Below are positions 51,801 through 64,000 of a stretch of DNA of 64,000 nt, piece by piece. Made by a program: the position numbers and the translations under genes. How positions within the stretch are numbered: the stretch's first letter is position 1; each line of letters starts with the position of its first letter. The stretch comes from Azolla caroliniana (taxonomy: Eukaryota > Plantae > Polypodiophyta). Location: the NCBI GenBank assembly GCA_043228905.1, contig JBHGNT010000001.1:18228001-18292000 (forward strand). Direction: 5' to 3'. The notes below the pieces were generated by a model. It saw nothing but the letters and a program-made list of their open reading frames with translations, was not told the origin of the DNA and searched no databases.

Positions 51801-54800
51801 CCGACGAGTAGTGAAGACTCGACCATGCAGTCCCCGCGCAAGGAACTGAGGAGACGGTTTACGCGCAAGGAGAAGGGAAAGAAGAAGATGTTGGATTACG
51901 ATACCGACTGTGGCAAGTCACATTGTAGTGAATCTGATTCCAAACCAGTCGAAAAGGAACCTCCAAGGAAGAGGTCCAAATCCGTTAACAAAGCTGCGAA
52001 ATTGGCAAATGAAGAATTACGCCGATCCACCCGCCTAAAGAACCTCGTAAAGAGATACGGGTATAATGAGTATATGGCGCATCATTATCCATATATGGTG
52101 AAAGTGGCCGAAGTGGGTGACCTGGAGAGCTACGCAAAAGCGGCAAAAGACCCTAATTGGCATACCGTGGTGGAGGAAGAGATGCGAGCTTTATCGGATA
52201 ATGAGACCTCGGATCTAGTTGATGCACCAAAAGGTGTAAAGCCGATTGGATGCAGATGGGTGTACAAGGTGAAGTATAACACCGATGGCTCTGTCGACCG
52301 ATACAAGGCCCGGTTGGTGGCAAAGGGCTACACACAGAAGCACAACATCAATTCGAGAAAGGCGTGTGACTCGACACGGTTCTGACAGATTGTCAGTAGC
52401 CTCATTTGCTTGATGATCACTCGGCCAGACCTTAGTTACCCAGTCGGCTTGATCAGTCAATTCATGTAGCAGCCCAAGACCGACAACCTTCACTGCGCGC
52501 AAAGGATATTGTGGTATGTCAGCGGCACTACGGACATGGCGTTGCTATATCGGGCAGGAGTAGTCGAGCAGTTAATCGGCTACACAGATGTCGATTGGGC
52601 TAGGAAATGTCGGCGATCATAGATCAACATCTGGATATGCATTTTCATTGGGAAGTGCAGCAATTGCATGGAGCAGTAAAAAGTAGATGATAGTGGCACT
52701 ATCGACCACAGAGGCCGAGTATTGAGGGGTGGCTGTCGCTACGTGCGAAGTCATTTGGCAAAAAAGGCTATTACGGGATCTATGTGTGGAGGTGTCTCAG
52801 CCAACCATAATCTATTGCGACAACCTCAATAGTATCCAATTAGCGAAGGAGCCCATCTTCAACGTCTGGACTAAGCACATCGAGGTGCACTATTATTTTG
52901 TCCACGACCGTGTCCTCTCTACAGAAATCGAACTAGTGCACGTTCCGACTGATCGCAGGTTGCCGATATCTTCACCAAACCTCTCGGTCTCAACAAGTTG
53001 CGGCCTTTTTTGGGTATGATTGGCCTCCAGCATATTGAGATGCCGAACTTGAGGGGGAGGAGTGATGAAGGAGAAGAGAGAGACGAAGTCCAAAAAGCTG
53101 AGTCGGATGATGAATTCAATTTCAGTCTTACTGAAGAAGTCGGTATGTCCAACCAGGCCAAAGAAGTCGTGGACGTGTGGACAGATGGAAGAAGATCGGT
53201 TAATCGTAGGATAGCCAGAGCTAACCAAACCAAGGGGAGAAAATGCGTGAAGGGCAAGAACGGTGGTAGAGTCGAGGAGGACAAAGCCGACCGAGTGAAG
53301 ACCAAGACCAAGACATGGGCGGATATCGTCAAGGGACTGGAAGTGGACGAATCAGAGACAACCGATTGGATAAATACTCGAAGTGAATTGGAGTTGGCCA
53401 ATGCAATCGAAATGTTCGATTTGGAAGAGCCGGATCGATAGGCCACACTCGAAGAAGGGTAGCCCAAGTTGACACGACAACATCAAAGAAGCTGATAAGG
53501 GCCAAGATAGCAGACAAGCCAATCGTAGAGGTCGAGGTGCGCGGAACCAGATGAGTCAAGGAGCGTCAGACTGGTAGAGTCGTGCTATGCAAGATCGGAT
53601 TGGTCGAAGAGTGCGAGTGAGGCATAGGGGCGCTAGGAAAGGACGCCGAACTAGATGAAGCTTGCATGGCGGGACCTCAAATTGAGCTTGAGGGGGAGTG
53701 TTGAGCGAGCAAGCTCGGGTCGGGTCGATTGGCTAATGAAGCCGACAACCGAATCGGTTGAAGACCAATCGAGGAGACCCAAATCGGTTGTGTGGACTAA
53801 CAGTTGAGAGTCGTGTCAACCGAGAACTGAGAGTTGTTGTCGTGAAGTATTAAAGCTTCACATTAAAAGTCTACAATAAGATAAATACATAACTAAAATA
53901 AAATAAATGTTGATAATATTATACATTATATGTAGAGGCAAATAAAAAATATATATGTTATATTACATGGACGAGGACTTAAGCCAATAACCCCCACCTT
54001 ATGACACTCAAACCTTAACATTTAGCCTATACTGATAATTTACAAGAGATCATATGCGTTGTTCTATTTGAAGTAGTATTTTATAGTCTAAACCATGTAA
54101 TATACTACATGCACACCATATAGCATATTACATGGGCAAAAGAGGACTTGAACCAACAACCCCGACCGTACGGCATTCAAACCTTACCATTTAGCCAATA
54201 CTTGTGATGTACATAAAATATATGTGTTATAGTATTGTATGGTTTAAACCATGAAATGTACTACATGTGCTCCATATAGCATACATGCAAGAGCCTCTCT
54301 GCATGTGCGCCACATGGCCCACATGTAGAACTATCTCCTCCCTATAAAAGGAGAAGGGAGTACGGTCACAAGGGATATGAAAGGAATTGAAATCGAAGAA
54401 CCATATTGTATGATATATCAAGAGAATCAAATAGAATTATATTACTTAAGAGATATCATAAGATAGAAAGAGCAAGAGAAGAAAAAAAGACAAGAGAAGA
54501 GCTAGTTTGGTGGTTGTGGTGCTCAACTCGCAACGAAAGGGCGACAGTTCGATTCTTATCATCATTGAAATATTGAAGTGAAGATTGGCTTACTATCAAG
54601 AAATAGAAGAGTGATTACCTTGTGAGACAAAGTTCGAATTCAACAACGCTCGCAACCATTTGTAACTCTTTCGTCAAATAATTATAAATCTCTTTTATTT
54701 CTTCAAATATCATTCTATATCCTATCTTTTCATATCTTGTTGATCACTATTTATCTATTTCTACTCTTTTGTCTCTTCCGTCCAAAATCCCAACAATTCC

Positions 54801-55198
54801 TTCCTCATTTTCACGTTATCTTCTGTCGACACAACGGTATGCTTCTAGGCGAGCCATGCCACGACACCATGTGGTGAGGGACTCAAGCAGACTATATTCC
54901 TAGTACAGTAAACAAGAATATTGTACGCAAAATTAGTGCCAGGCTCATTTATGAGCATTCAAGTACTAATAGTTCTTGTGCTAGCCCACTCATCAACGCT
55001 TGTATAAAAAGTGCTCACTAAGTGCAAAGTATGTACAGAGTGTTATTCCTCTTGATATAATTTTTTGTTTGCTCTCTCTATCTCAATCTCTCTCTCATTC
55101 TCTATGTTCTCTGCATTTACCGAACTGTTGTGTTTCCAAACATCAATTGTATACTATGTGTGTTTTATGCACGCTTTCAAACATCGTATTCTTTTACA
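48836..55198 (+). mobile_element. Degenerate full-structure Ty1/Copia: 5' LTR 48836-49292, Met PBS, gag-PR-INT-RT(partly deleted)-RNase H, PPT, interrupted 3' LTR 53699-55198
   Basis: TGGTATCAGAGC at 49293; WYVDSGA; IHLDVWGP; LRTDGGKEY; WVYKVKY..YKARLVAKGY; IYCDN..TKHIEVHY; TSD ATGCG/ATGCA. Confidence 0.95.
53838..54866. mobile_element. ~1 kb solo-LTR-like insertion inside the Copia 3' LTR
   Basis: TGTCGTG..CACGACA inverted termini; Copia LTR resumes afterwards; no clean TSD. Confidence 0.65.
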
Positions 55199-57099
55199 AT
55201 GCACCATATACTCGTTATACCCATACCGAACTAGGAGGTGCTTCTGGAGGGCAGATCGGCACAATTTCTACTCTACCGACTCCAACCTCTTCTCTAGAGC
55301 TCCGCTCCGTCTTCTAGCTTCCCGAAATCGGATTCACTCCGATCCAACTCGTCTTTACCAATGTCGTATTCCAGCATCTTCTTCTTTACCTTCTCTTTGC
55401 TCGTGAACCGTCTCCTTCGTTCCTTGCATGGGGAGAACACGACCGAGACGTCGCCACTTGTTGGCTTGTCATTCGGTTGACCGCTCCGGCTTAACGAGTC
55501 CGGATTGGGTCCACTGATCCGAAGGGAAGTCAAACTATCCAATTGTTCAGATTCTGCTATGCTTCCCTCTGTTCCAAAATCCGTTCTCTCATGCCCAGCA
55601 ATGGCTCGGGTTCAGTTGATGAGAAGTACCAGGATGCCAATTCATCAAAAAAGACATCACGACTAACTCAGAATTGCTTTGATTGGGGGTTGTAGCTTTT
55701 GTACCCGTTCTGCTCGTCGAAATAGCCAACCAAGATACACTTCTCGACTTTGGCATCCAGCTTCTTTTGCTTCTCATCCGGCACATGCACTTATGCAATG
55801 TTGTAGGATACCTGAAGGTGTGCCAAGTTCGGCTTCAGTTCGAAATATAGTTCATGTGGTGACACCTTCATGCGGTGATTCTATATGTAGACGGTTGTCC
55901 GAATTGCTTCGGCCCAATAAATCCGGGGCATGCTCTTCTCCTCCTACATTGCCCTTGCCGATTCTACTAACATCCGGTTCCGTCATTCGGCCACACCGTT
56001 CTGCACCGGTGTGTATCTACAGGAGAACTCTTGACGAATTCCCTTGGTTTGCAAATAACTTGTGAACTAGCCGGAAAAATATTCTTTTCCGCCATCCGAT
56101 CTTAGACACTTGATCTTCCTTCTGGTTGTTCATTGTACATGACTCTTTAAGTTCCGGAAACACAAGAAGACTTTGCTTTTCTTATCGATCAAGTAGATCC
56201 ATGTGTGTCGGCTGAAATTGTCGATGAAGGAGACAGAAATATCGGCTCCCGCCGATGCCCACATTTTGTGTCGGTGCCCACACATCTGAATAGATAAGAT
56301 CGAGCCGGTTCCGGCTCCGACTCTTCTCGTTGGGGAATGGAAGCCTATGCTACTTCCCTAGCTGACAGGCTTCACAAATTTGGCCTTTCTGGCCACTACA
56401 CTTCAGAAGTCCAGAAACCACGTGTTTCGGTTGCATCTCCTGAACCTTCTGGAACTTGATGTGGTCGATCCTCTTATGGCACAGGTAGATGTCCGATCTG
56501 ACCTTTTGTGCTTTCGCAAACATAGCGGTGCCTACATTATTGGTTTCGAGGATGAACATTCTTCCATCCTGGCGCCCTTGCACGATGATCTAGCCTTCCT
56601 CCTCGATGAAGCATCCGTGGTGAGTAAATTAGACCTCCATTCTTTGATCCACAATCTGACTGACCGATACCAAGTTCTTGGTTATTGTCAATACATGTAG
56701 GACGTTCCTCATGATTCCCTTCTAGCCAACATGACTCAGAGGGACATCTTCGATGTGGGGTGTCATCTCCAGTTTCGACCACCCCCAGCTTCTCCGCGTT
56801 CTCGAGAAAGGAGAACCACTCTTTGTGGTTCGTCATATGGTTTGATGCTCTAGAGTCCACATACCAAACTTCTTCCAACTTCGAGTCGGATGCAGCCATT
56901 CGGTTGGCCTTATGCTTCATTACAAGGGCCAGTCCTAACTCAGCTCTCTCCGAGCCTCCGGTGACGTGCGATCGGTGACTCCTGTCTACGTCCCTCCGGC
57001 TCGATCCGGCTTTGTCCGAATTGGCTCTATGTGCAGGCTTTGAAATGAGCTAAAGAACAAAGGAAACAAACATCATAGCAAGAAGATATATCAAAATTA

Positions 57100-57134
57100 G
57101 TGTTTGTCCTTCTCCAACATCTCCAAACTTTGCC

Positions 57135-57176
<42 letters not shown>

Positions 57177-57619
57177 CTGTGTGTTTTCATTCTTCTAAAT
57201 CACTCGCTCAATTAATTAACCAAATAATGACTTTAATTAAATGGAACTCTGCTTCAAGAAATAAAAATAAATTCTTTCTCTCACACTCTCACTCTATCTG
57301 TGCATCTCTCCCTCTCTCCTCTCACATTTGAACCCCCTTGGGAGGGGGTGGAGCCGCCACCCACCCATAAACACTTGTGAGACAGAGTGACAGAAAGAAT
57401 TGAGACAAACACGATTGAGGGTAACTTCAATATATTTCTCCTTTTTTCATGCCCCACGGGTGGGGTTTAAATAGTACAAAATCTTATCATTATAAAAAGC
57501 CGAGTGATGGTAGTTACACCTACTTAGCCCACCAAACACTCACACATTCACATTTCATATTACACCTTACACACCTTCCACATTACACCTAACCCTCCCG
57601 TAGACCTATACGGGTAACA
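57100..57619. mobile_element. Rearranged LTR pieces related to the 5054-5574 LTR family
   Basis: TTGAACCCCCTTGGGAGGGGGTGGAGCC (cf. 5374-5402); ends GGGTAACA (TGTTAC on minus). Confidence 0.6.
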
Positions 57620-57688
57620 CTGACTATCGACCGCCAATTGGAATTGATTGTATCCAGAGTAGAGATCGCTAACGGAGTAGATGGACCT

Positions 57689-60600
57689 GTGTCGTGAAAA
57701 ATCCGTCACTATGTGCAGATCTTGAGGCAGAACCACCTGGGTTATGGATTGGAAGGAATTAGAGCTCGTACACACAACACAATCAAAATTTACACATAAG
57801 ACAAGTAGATGAAAGAGAACATTCGTTTATACCAAAATAATAGATTCTTTATATTTTTTAAAATACTGTTATAATGGGTTGGATATCAATATTAGAGATC
57901 ATTTTTGAAAGAAGGGAGCTTCAGCAACCATATCAGGAGTGGTTCGATATCAATCCGAGAGATTGATTTCCAAGGATTTGAGAGAGAAAAATGGAGAAAA
58001 GAAGAGACTGGAATATATAAGGAGTTCTTGTTGATCATGGCCCTTGATGTTCAGTTGCATGCGTCCACACATGACCTTACTTTAGTTGCATGGCCTCTAC
58101 TTTTAATTGCATGCTTCCACAAATGATCTTTACTTTAGTTTCATGGCCTCTACTTTTAGATGCATGCGTCCACACATGACCATTACTTTAGTTACATCCG
58201 ACCATCCGTATAATTCGACCGCATGATCCAATCATTCATAATGTTCGGGCCACACATGATCCGTACATGCGTCCCGACCGACCGACCCATGCCGAACGTT
58301 CCGAACCGGCCTCCAAAATCATTTCAAGCAGTTCATCCGCAACCATCCATCTAGGCAATTCAACCGCATCTATCCATACGAACAGTTCTGGCCAAATCAC
58401 CCTGACCGTTCTGTGCGCCAAGCACATCCGATTTCCTATGAGAAAAATGCGAATGTCTTCCCATGTCTTTCAAGCATTCCGCAGAACATTCACTCCTCTT
58501 CAGGGAGGAGGAAATCCTCCCTTCCAACTCATAGCTTTCCTTTCGTCTCTTCAGTGAAGAAATGACCTATTGTCTTCGCATCCCTTAAGCTTGGATCGTT
58601 CGCAACTTCCTACATCCTTTGCCAACTATCTTCCAGTAGCGGAACCGCAACTAGCTTGATCTTCCTATCCACCAGTTTATATTTTGTGTTGACTTGAGCT
58701 TCCTCCATCAAGATGCCTCGATGATAGCGTAAATGTTGACAGAGTTAACGGAAATCACATGTTGATCGTGAAGATAGCTCAAGTCCACGACTTCCTCGAT
58801 TTCGCCGATGGTGTCGTTAAATGAGGCTTCTTCCAGAATATGAGTTCCAAATTCTTCTTCTCCTATTATGCTTTCTTCTTTCAACACCTTCTCGAAGTCT
58901 TGTATCCAATGCTTGTCGTTCTTGATGGGTAGTTTACATGCACCGCTAGGTGTGACACATGTTGCTTCTCCTTGCAATCCATGCGCTCTACTTCCTTGTG
59001 GGGACTTTATGATTGTTTGGACTATTTGTGCCCCACATTTCAATAGTCTGCTCTAAAAATCCGAGGATTTTCCTCCAAGGCTATCTCGGTTTCTTTCATG
59101 ATTAGCTCGCACCGTCAAGAATTGAACAGATCTTTGAATGTCAAGGCTTTTGACTTGCACGAAGCCTACTCCATTATCGAACACCTTGGTCTCCATCCGA
59201 GACGATGTGATATACGATTTTCCTAGAATGACAGGATGCGAAGCCGAGTCTTGCACGAAGAAGTGTTGATCAATATCCACATCCCCAATCATGACTATAA
59301 CATTGGGGCAAGCTCCATACAAGTCCTCGGTGGCCTTTGTCGCCGCTCGAATCTTCCATCCGTGGTTCATATTAATCGACCATCTTCCTTTCTCGTAAAA
59401 CTCGGTCGACATGAGGTTGATCTCCGAACCATGGTCAATCAAGGCTACCACGGTCTCTTTCTTCTCTCTGATCTTCACCAACATCTTCGTTGTCGCTCTT
59501 GCCCAATGAGGTCAAGAGTAATGGTTGTCCGCCATCATTTCTTCTTCCTCCTCCTCTTCCGATCTTTCCATGATTATGACACTTGTTTTCACCTCCTCGT
59601 CATCTAATTGTTGCCGCTTCCATTTAATGAGGTCCATGATAGTATCATGGAACTCCTTCTTAGCAATCCCAAGGAGTTCTCTCAAAGTAAGGTCGACATG
59701 ACTGTGTAAAACCTTCTCCTCAAGGACCTTACGTAAGTTAGCTGTTTGTTCTATGTCCGACCTTAGCTTGTAAATTGGCACCACTCGTTCTCTTCCTTTC
59801 TCCGCAGATTCATCGACTTCCATCTGAGCAGGTTGGCTCGATCCTCCGGGCTTCATGCTTGTTTCTCCAACCTCTTTTCATGGCATAGGTTGGGCTTTCC
59901 CTTCTTTCCCCGCATTCCTCGTGTTGGGACGCTTTGATGTGCCACCTTCTTCACCATTTCTTTCCTCTTCTCTTCGATAAGAGCTTCATAGTTGTCGCAC
60001 ACAACCTCCACATGTTTTATCGTCGATTGGATCCAACCATCCGGTAACTCGTCACACATTCCGATCAACAAGTTTTAGATCCTCCAAATCAATTTTTCCT
60101 TTGTTCTTGCACTCGAAGACCTTCGGCCAAAACCCAACTCCTTGCTTGATCTTCTTTAGATTCTCTCTTCCAACTCGTATCCCGGCAAATGCGGCATAGT
60201 GCATAGCTTCCACATGCCTTGCGTCTTCGTCTTCCACAATCTTTTTTAGCCCGCCTCTTCCAAAGTTCACTTGTAGTGGCTTTCGGGTCTCGCTCGAGTA
60301 GATCATGTTGTCGTCCAAATAGACCACGTTCTTGTGAATTGCATCTTGCAAGTCCGCAAACTCCCTTCGTGAGTGGTCGAAGCTGTCGCACCACACACAT
60401 CTAAACGCTTCTTTTCCCTTGGGCCTGTGTCAACCTAAGATGGCCAGTGATACTGCTTAAAAATTCTTGGAGAGCTCTTCAATTATAGATTCTTCCATCG
60501 CTTTCTTGTAGAAATTATGGATCAGCTTGCTCGGCTCGATCATCGCAGGCGCCTTCCTTCTCCAACGATTGTGGATTCTCCACATTAGTTTCCTCTAGCC

Positions 60601-62060
60601 ATTGTCGACGCTTGTCAAGACGACTACAAGCCTTCTTCACCGCCACCTAGTCCGCTACCAAGCCATTTGGACACGTTTCATCCTCCAAAAGGCTCCCCAA
60701 TTCTCATCGGTCTTTCGTATCCACCACCTTCAGGAACAACATGACTTTATCTCCATTGAGAACTCGTTCATGAGTACTCAGAAGTCGGTTGTATTTCTGG
60801 TCGAAATCCACATATACTCCTGACGCACACAGATTCTTCCCTTTCTTCTCGAACCAAATCATTAGCGCATGTTGAGTCATCCTTGACGCATCTTATAGCA
60901 TGTATTAAGCAAGAAGCGCCTTTTCGAACTCCGCCCAAGTTGTGCACTTGTTTTGGATTTCCATGACGCGTTCGAAGAATCCTGGTTCCACCACACGCCT
61001 AAATCGAGAAATTGGTTTAAGATCATGGAAATCCCTCTGCTACATCTCATTCCAATAGGTAGCAAGGAAATCTGTGATGTTCTTGCCACCAAATCATCTT
61101 GCTATCTCCATTGTTTGATCGATAGCATTGTCGATTAAAGACTCCCGATCTCTCGCCTTCAACATGTACTCCACGACGGACACCATGCCTTTCATTAATT
61201 CCTCTCCTTGAGTTCCGCTTATTGAATCCATAGTCGTACTTGATATCCTCTTGCCGCCTCGTTTTTCACGTCGGGTTCACCAAAGATGTCGCGAAAATAC
61301 GACGAAGATATACGTGAACTTGAGGTAGGACCCCAGGGCCTCTGACCAGAGGATACCAAATTCGTGCATTTATACTTTAAGAATTAACGAAAATGAGAAA
61401 GTTTGATAAATTTCATTAGCAAAGGAAAATAAAAATTACAATCTATCCCTCCCAAGATTGAGATTACAGAAGTTTGGGTTTCAAGAGATTAATAGATAAA
61501 AACAATTAGGGTTTTTAAGAGCTATGGCTTCCGTAAAGAAAATTAGGGTTTATGCAAGAGATAGCCTCAATCCCTTAAGGAAAAAAATTAACCCCTATTC
61601 CATTGTGCTTTCCATCCTTATATAGTGATGGGAGAGACTTAGCACATAGCAATCCATGCTTTTTCTAACTATCGACTTCATGCTTTTTCTTCTAATAATA
61701 GTGTTCATGCACGTGAGATGTCCATGAATAGCTTTTTCGATCATGCATTGTCCTTTAACTAAAGTTTTAAGCACTCTACATTCAGTTGCATGCGTCCACA
61801 CATGACCTTTACTTTAGTTGCATGTGACCGTCCTTACAATTCGTCTGCATGATCGTATCATTCGTAAAGTTTGACCCATGCATGACCCATACAAGACGAC
61901 TGATCCGTGCATCTCGATCGATCTGTGCACCGTGACCAATCCAAAATAATTTTTAGAAATTCATCCACACTCGTCCGTCTAAGCAAATCGACCGCACCCG
62001 TCCATCCAAACAATTCAACTCAGATCACCCTGACAGTTCTATGCTCCAAACACACGGATA
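57689..62060 (-). mobile_element. Non-chromovirus Gypsy deletion derivative: LTR ~62060-61288, tRNA-Trp PBS, degenerate gag-protease, related LTR ~58440-57689
   Basis: TCACGTCGGGTTCACCA at 61266-61282; CVWCDSFDH knuckle-like; VALIDHGSEINLM..PVILG protease; shared block GTTGCATGCGTCCACACATGACCTT at ~58050 and ~61785. Confidence 0.8.
61266..61282 (-). promoter_or_regulatory. Primer binding site complementary to tRNA-Trp 3' end
   Basis: TGGTGAACCCGACGTGA five nt downstream of the LTR-terminal CA; matches the recalled 3' end of plant tRNA-Trp. Confidence 0.8.
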
Positions 62061-62069
62061 TGAAGTATG

Positions 62070-62611
62070 GGTTCTAGGTCTGCTTATATACTAATGGATC
62101 CGATATTGTCCTATCTATGTGGGATATCTTACAGTTTTGTTTCCCAATATTCTCAAACTTTATACTAACACAAGATTCCTTGTCGATCTTTAGAAAGGTA
62201 CACTTTACGTACCCCTTTCAAGCACACGATCATTACAAAAATGTTGGCTGAATCTAAATCTTCGTAGTCAAATCATAATATACGGCCATACATAAATGCA
62301 GTGTCTTTTTTAAGGTGACTGTCGTCATTCTTCTTTGTCGTATACATCACGACTTTTTTCTTGGAGTCGACGTACTGCATACACCATTCATTGTCTATTA
62401 GATCACGGATAGGAAGGTCCTCTCCACCAGTAGCATGAACATTTTCTTTTGGCGAACTTCTTCGAATGGTTGAGATTTTGTCTCATTGAAGAGAAGTTTT
62501 TTTCCTCTCTTCATGTTCTAAGGAACTATTTGTTTCTGGGTCTCGACTGGAGAGCCCTGATATCAGAGCTTTATTTTCTTCACAGGTCGGTCTGACAAGT
62601 TCTCAAATGAC
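62070..62611 (-). pseudogene. Exon fragment homologous to the N-terminal domain of the ParB-MTase gene
   Basis: Translation of 62389-62195 aligns without gaps to ORF 17890-18093 with 17 identities in 65 aa; acceptor-like AAATAG at ~62612. Confidence 0.65.
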
Positions 62612-63074
62612 CTATTTAAGAAAGGACGTGCGAAAATATAAGTTAGTTCGTTCCCTAGATTTAGCTTACCTATTAAAATACACATAAGCAGAGTAAGACA
62701 AAAACTAGCAAGCGACTTGTGCTAAACTCTAAATTTCAATCATATTTTCTGTGAACACGATACACCTTTATTGTGAATTTAAATTTAGTAAGGGCTATTG
62801 AACTTGGAAAATTATATATCTTCATAAATTTACAAGGATATGTATCATATTGGAGGGTATGTATGGTCATATTGATTTTGGTGCCAAGGTATGGTCACAT
62901 TGGTATCATAAACGTAATTCGTGTGTTATTTTCTATTATTTCAAGCTATTATAGGTCATACAACCTATGTCAATAAGGGCACTAAATGTTACAAAATTTA
63001 GCAAATTTTGCTAAAAATGTCTGAATTGGACATCAAATTGGTATCTTTTCACACGTATATCAATAAGTTCCCCT

Positions 63075-63400
63075 AAACACACAGTATTCCTGTTTAAAAA
63101 GAGTGTTTTATACAGGAACTTGATACGGTGTATCGAGTTCCTGTATAAAACCCCCACTTTAAACAAGAACTCGATATGGCGTATTGAATTCCTGTTTAAA
63201 AAGAGTGTTTTAGACAAGAACTCGATACGGTGTATCGAGTTCCTGTTTAAAGTGGGGGTTTTAGACAAGAACTCGATACGGCATATCGAGTTCCGATATA
63301 AAACCCCCACTTTAAACAGGAATTCCATATGCCATATTGAGTTCCCCATGATAATAGAGAACTCTACAAAGGAACTCGATACCCAGTATCGAGTTCTAGT
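63075..63400. repeat. 51-bp periodic array of palindromes GAACTCGATA-N5-TATCGAGTTC
   Basis: Units start at ~63113, 63164, 63215, 63266 and 63317; degenerate unit ~63370. Confidence 0.9.
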
Positions 63401-63744
63401 GATTGAAAATCATATTGTAAACAAAAGTGTCCGTACAGTCAAGCGCTTACCTGGTATCTTGGCGTTCACTCTTCTTAGAAGACATGATTGTCGTGGTAGA
63501 TGCTAACGGGGAGATGACGATTGTTGTTACATGCTCTGGGCTCTGTTTGCTCATGTGCTCTGTTCTACGTGTGAGTGATCGCGAAATGAGGGGGTCTTCC
63601 TATTTATAAGGATTGACCACAGTTACTTTAACCATGGTTGTTAAACTTCAAGTTAGTTAGTTAGACCTAAGAGAGAGTTTCTTTGACCTTAGTACACTTT
63701 TTTCTTAGACCTTAGTACACTTTATTCATTACATAATCTTGAAT

Positions 63745-64000
63745 GTACCAATGATTGGGTATTGAAACCAATATAATTATGACTCTCTAATGGGTTTAAA
63801 TTAAATGATGTTCATGAATGAATCAATGATTAAATACTGAAACTAACATATTAATGATTATTTTATATTTTTTATTGCCTTTGAAGGGCATGAATAAAAC
63901 AATGATTGAATAGTCTAACCAAAATATTCATGACTCTCTAATGTGCATTATTAAATATGAAGTTCATGAATGAACCAATGATTGAATACTCACATCAACA
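63745..64000. repeat. AT-rich imperfect ~150-bp tandem repeat running to the window end
   Basis: ATGACTCTCTAATG..GTTCATGAATGAAYCAATGATT occurs twice. Confidence 0.75.

Larger units (their letters stand above)
48480..57030 (-). mobile_element. Host Copia element (PR-INT at 57030-55199, RT start at 48835-48480) split by a related Copia
   Basis: WYVDSRASNHMT; CEACQLGK; YGYNEYM|HNYAYMAKV across the insertion; IGCQWVYKVKY..KAQLVAKGY. Confidence 0.88.

Noticed and set aside
63075-63400. CRISPR-like array of palindromic repeats
   Set aside because: The linkers are related to each other and inverted rather than unique spacers; no cas genes; eukaryotic context
63011-63506. Repetitive ORFs on both strands
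   Set aside because: By-product of the 51-bp palindromic array

Overview
Eukaryotic, plant-type heterochromatic DNA with no intact host gene. It is a deep nest of decayed LTR retrotransposons (Ty3/Gypsy chromovirus-like and Tat/Phygy-like; Ty1/Copia), several with recoverable LTR, PBS, PPT and TSD. The mix of lineages suggests a non-seed plant such as a fern (inference). The standout is 15.1-20.5 kb. A spliced (GT-AG) minus-strand pseudogene encodes a ParB-like domain fused to a bacterial-type beta-class amino-DNA (N6-adenine/N4-cytosine) methyltransferase. It is arranged head-to-head with a DDD transposase-like gene (QLDN..RENKN / HTHDHIDQ motifs), i.e. a probable methylase-carrying DNA transposon. 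A divergent second copy of this gene's N-terminal domain lies at about 62.2-62.4 kb next to an array of GAACTCGATA-N5-TATCGAGTTC palindromes. The same palindromes fill a 3.45 kb non-autonomous TIR element (29392-32841, 4-bp TSD) that also carries tandem tRNA-like Pol III cassettes. A near-perfect 2246-bp tandem duplication lies at 34.25-38.74 kb. All protein assignments come from motif recognition by eye, not database searches, and approximate boundaries are marked as such.
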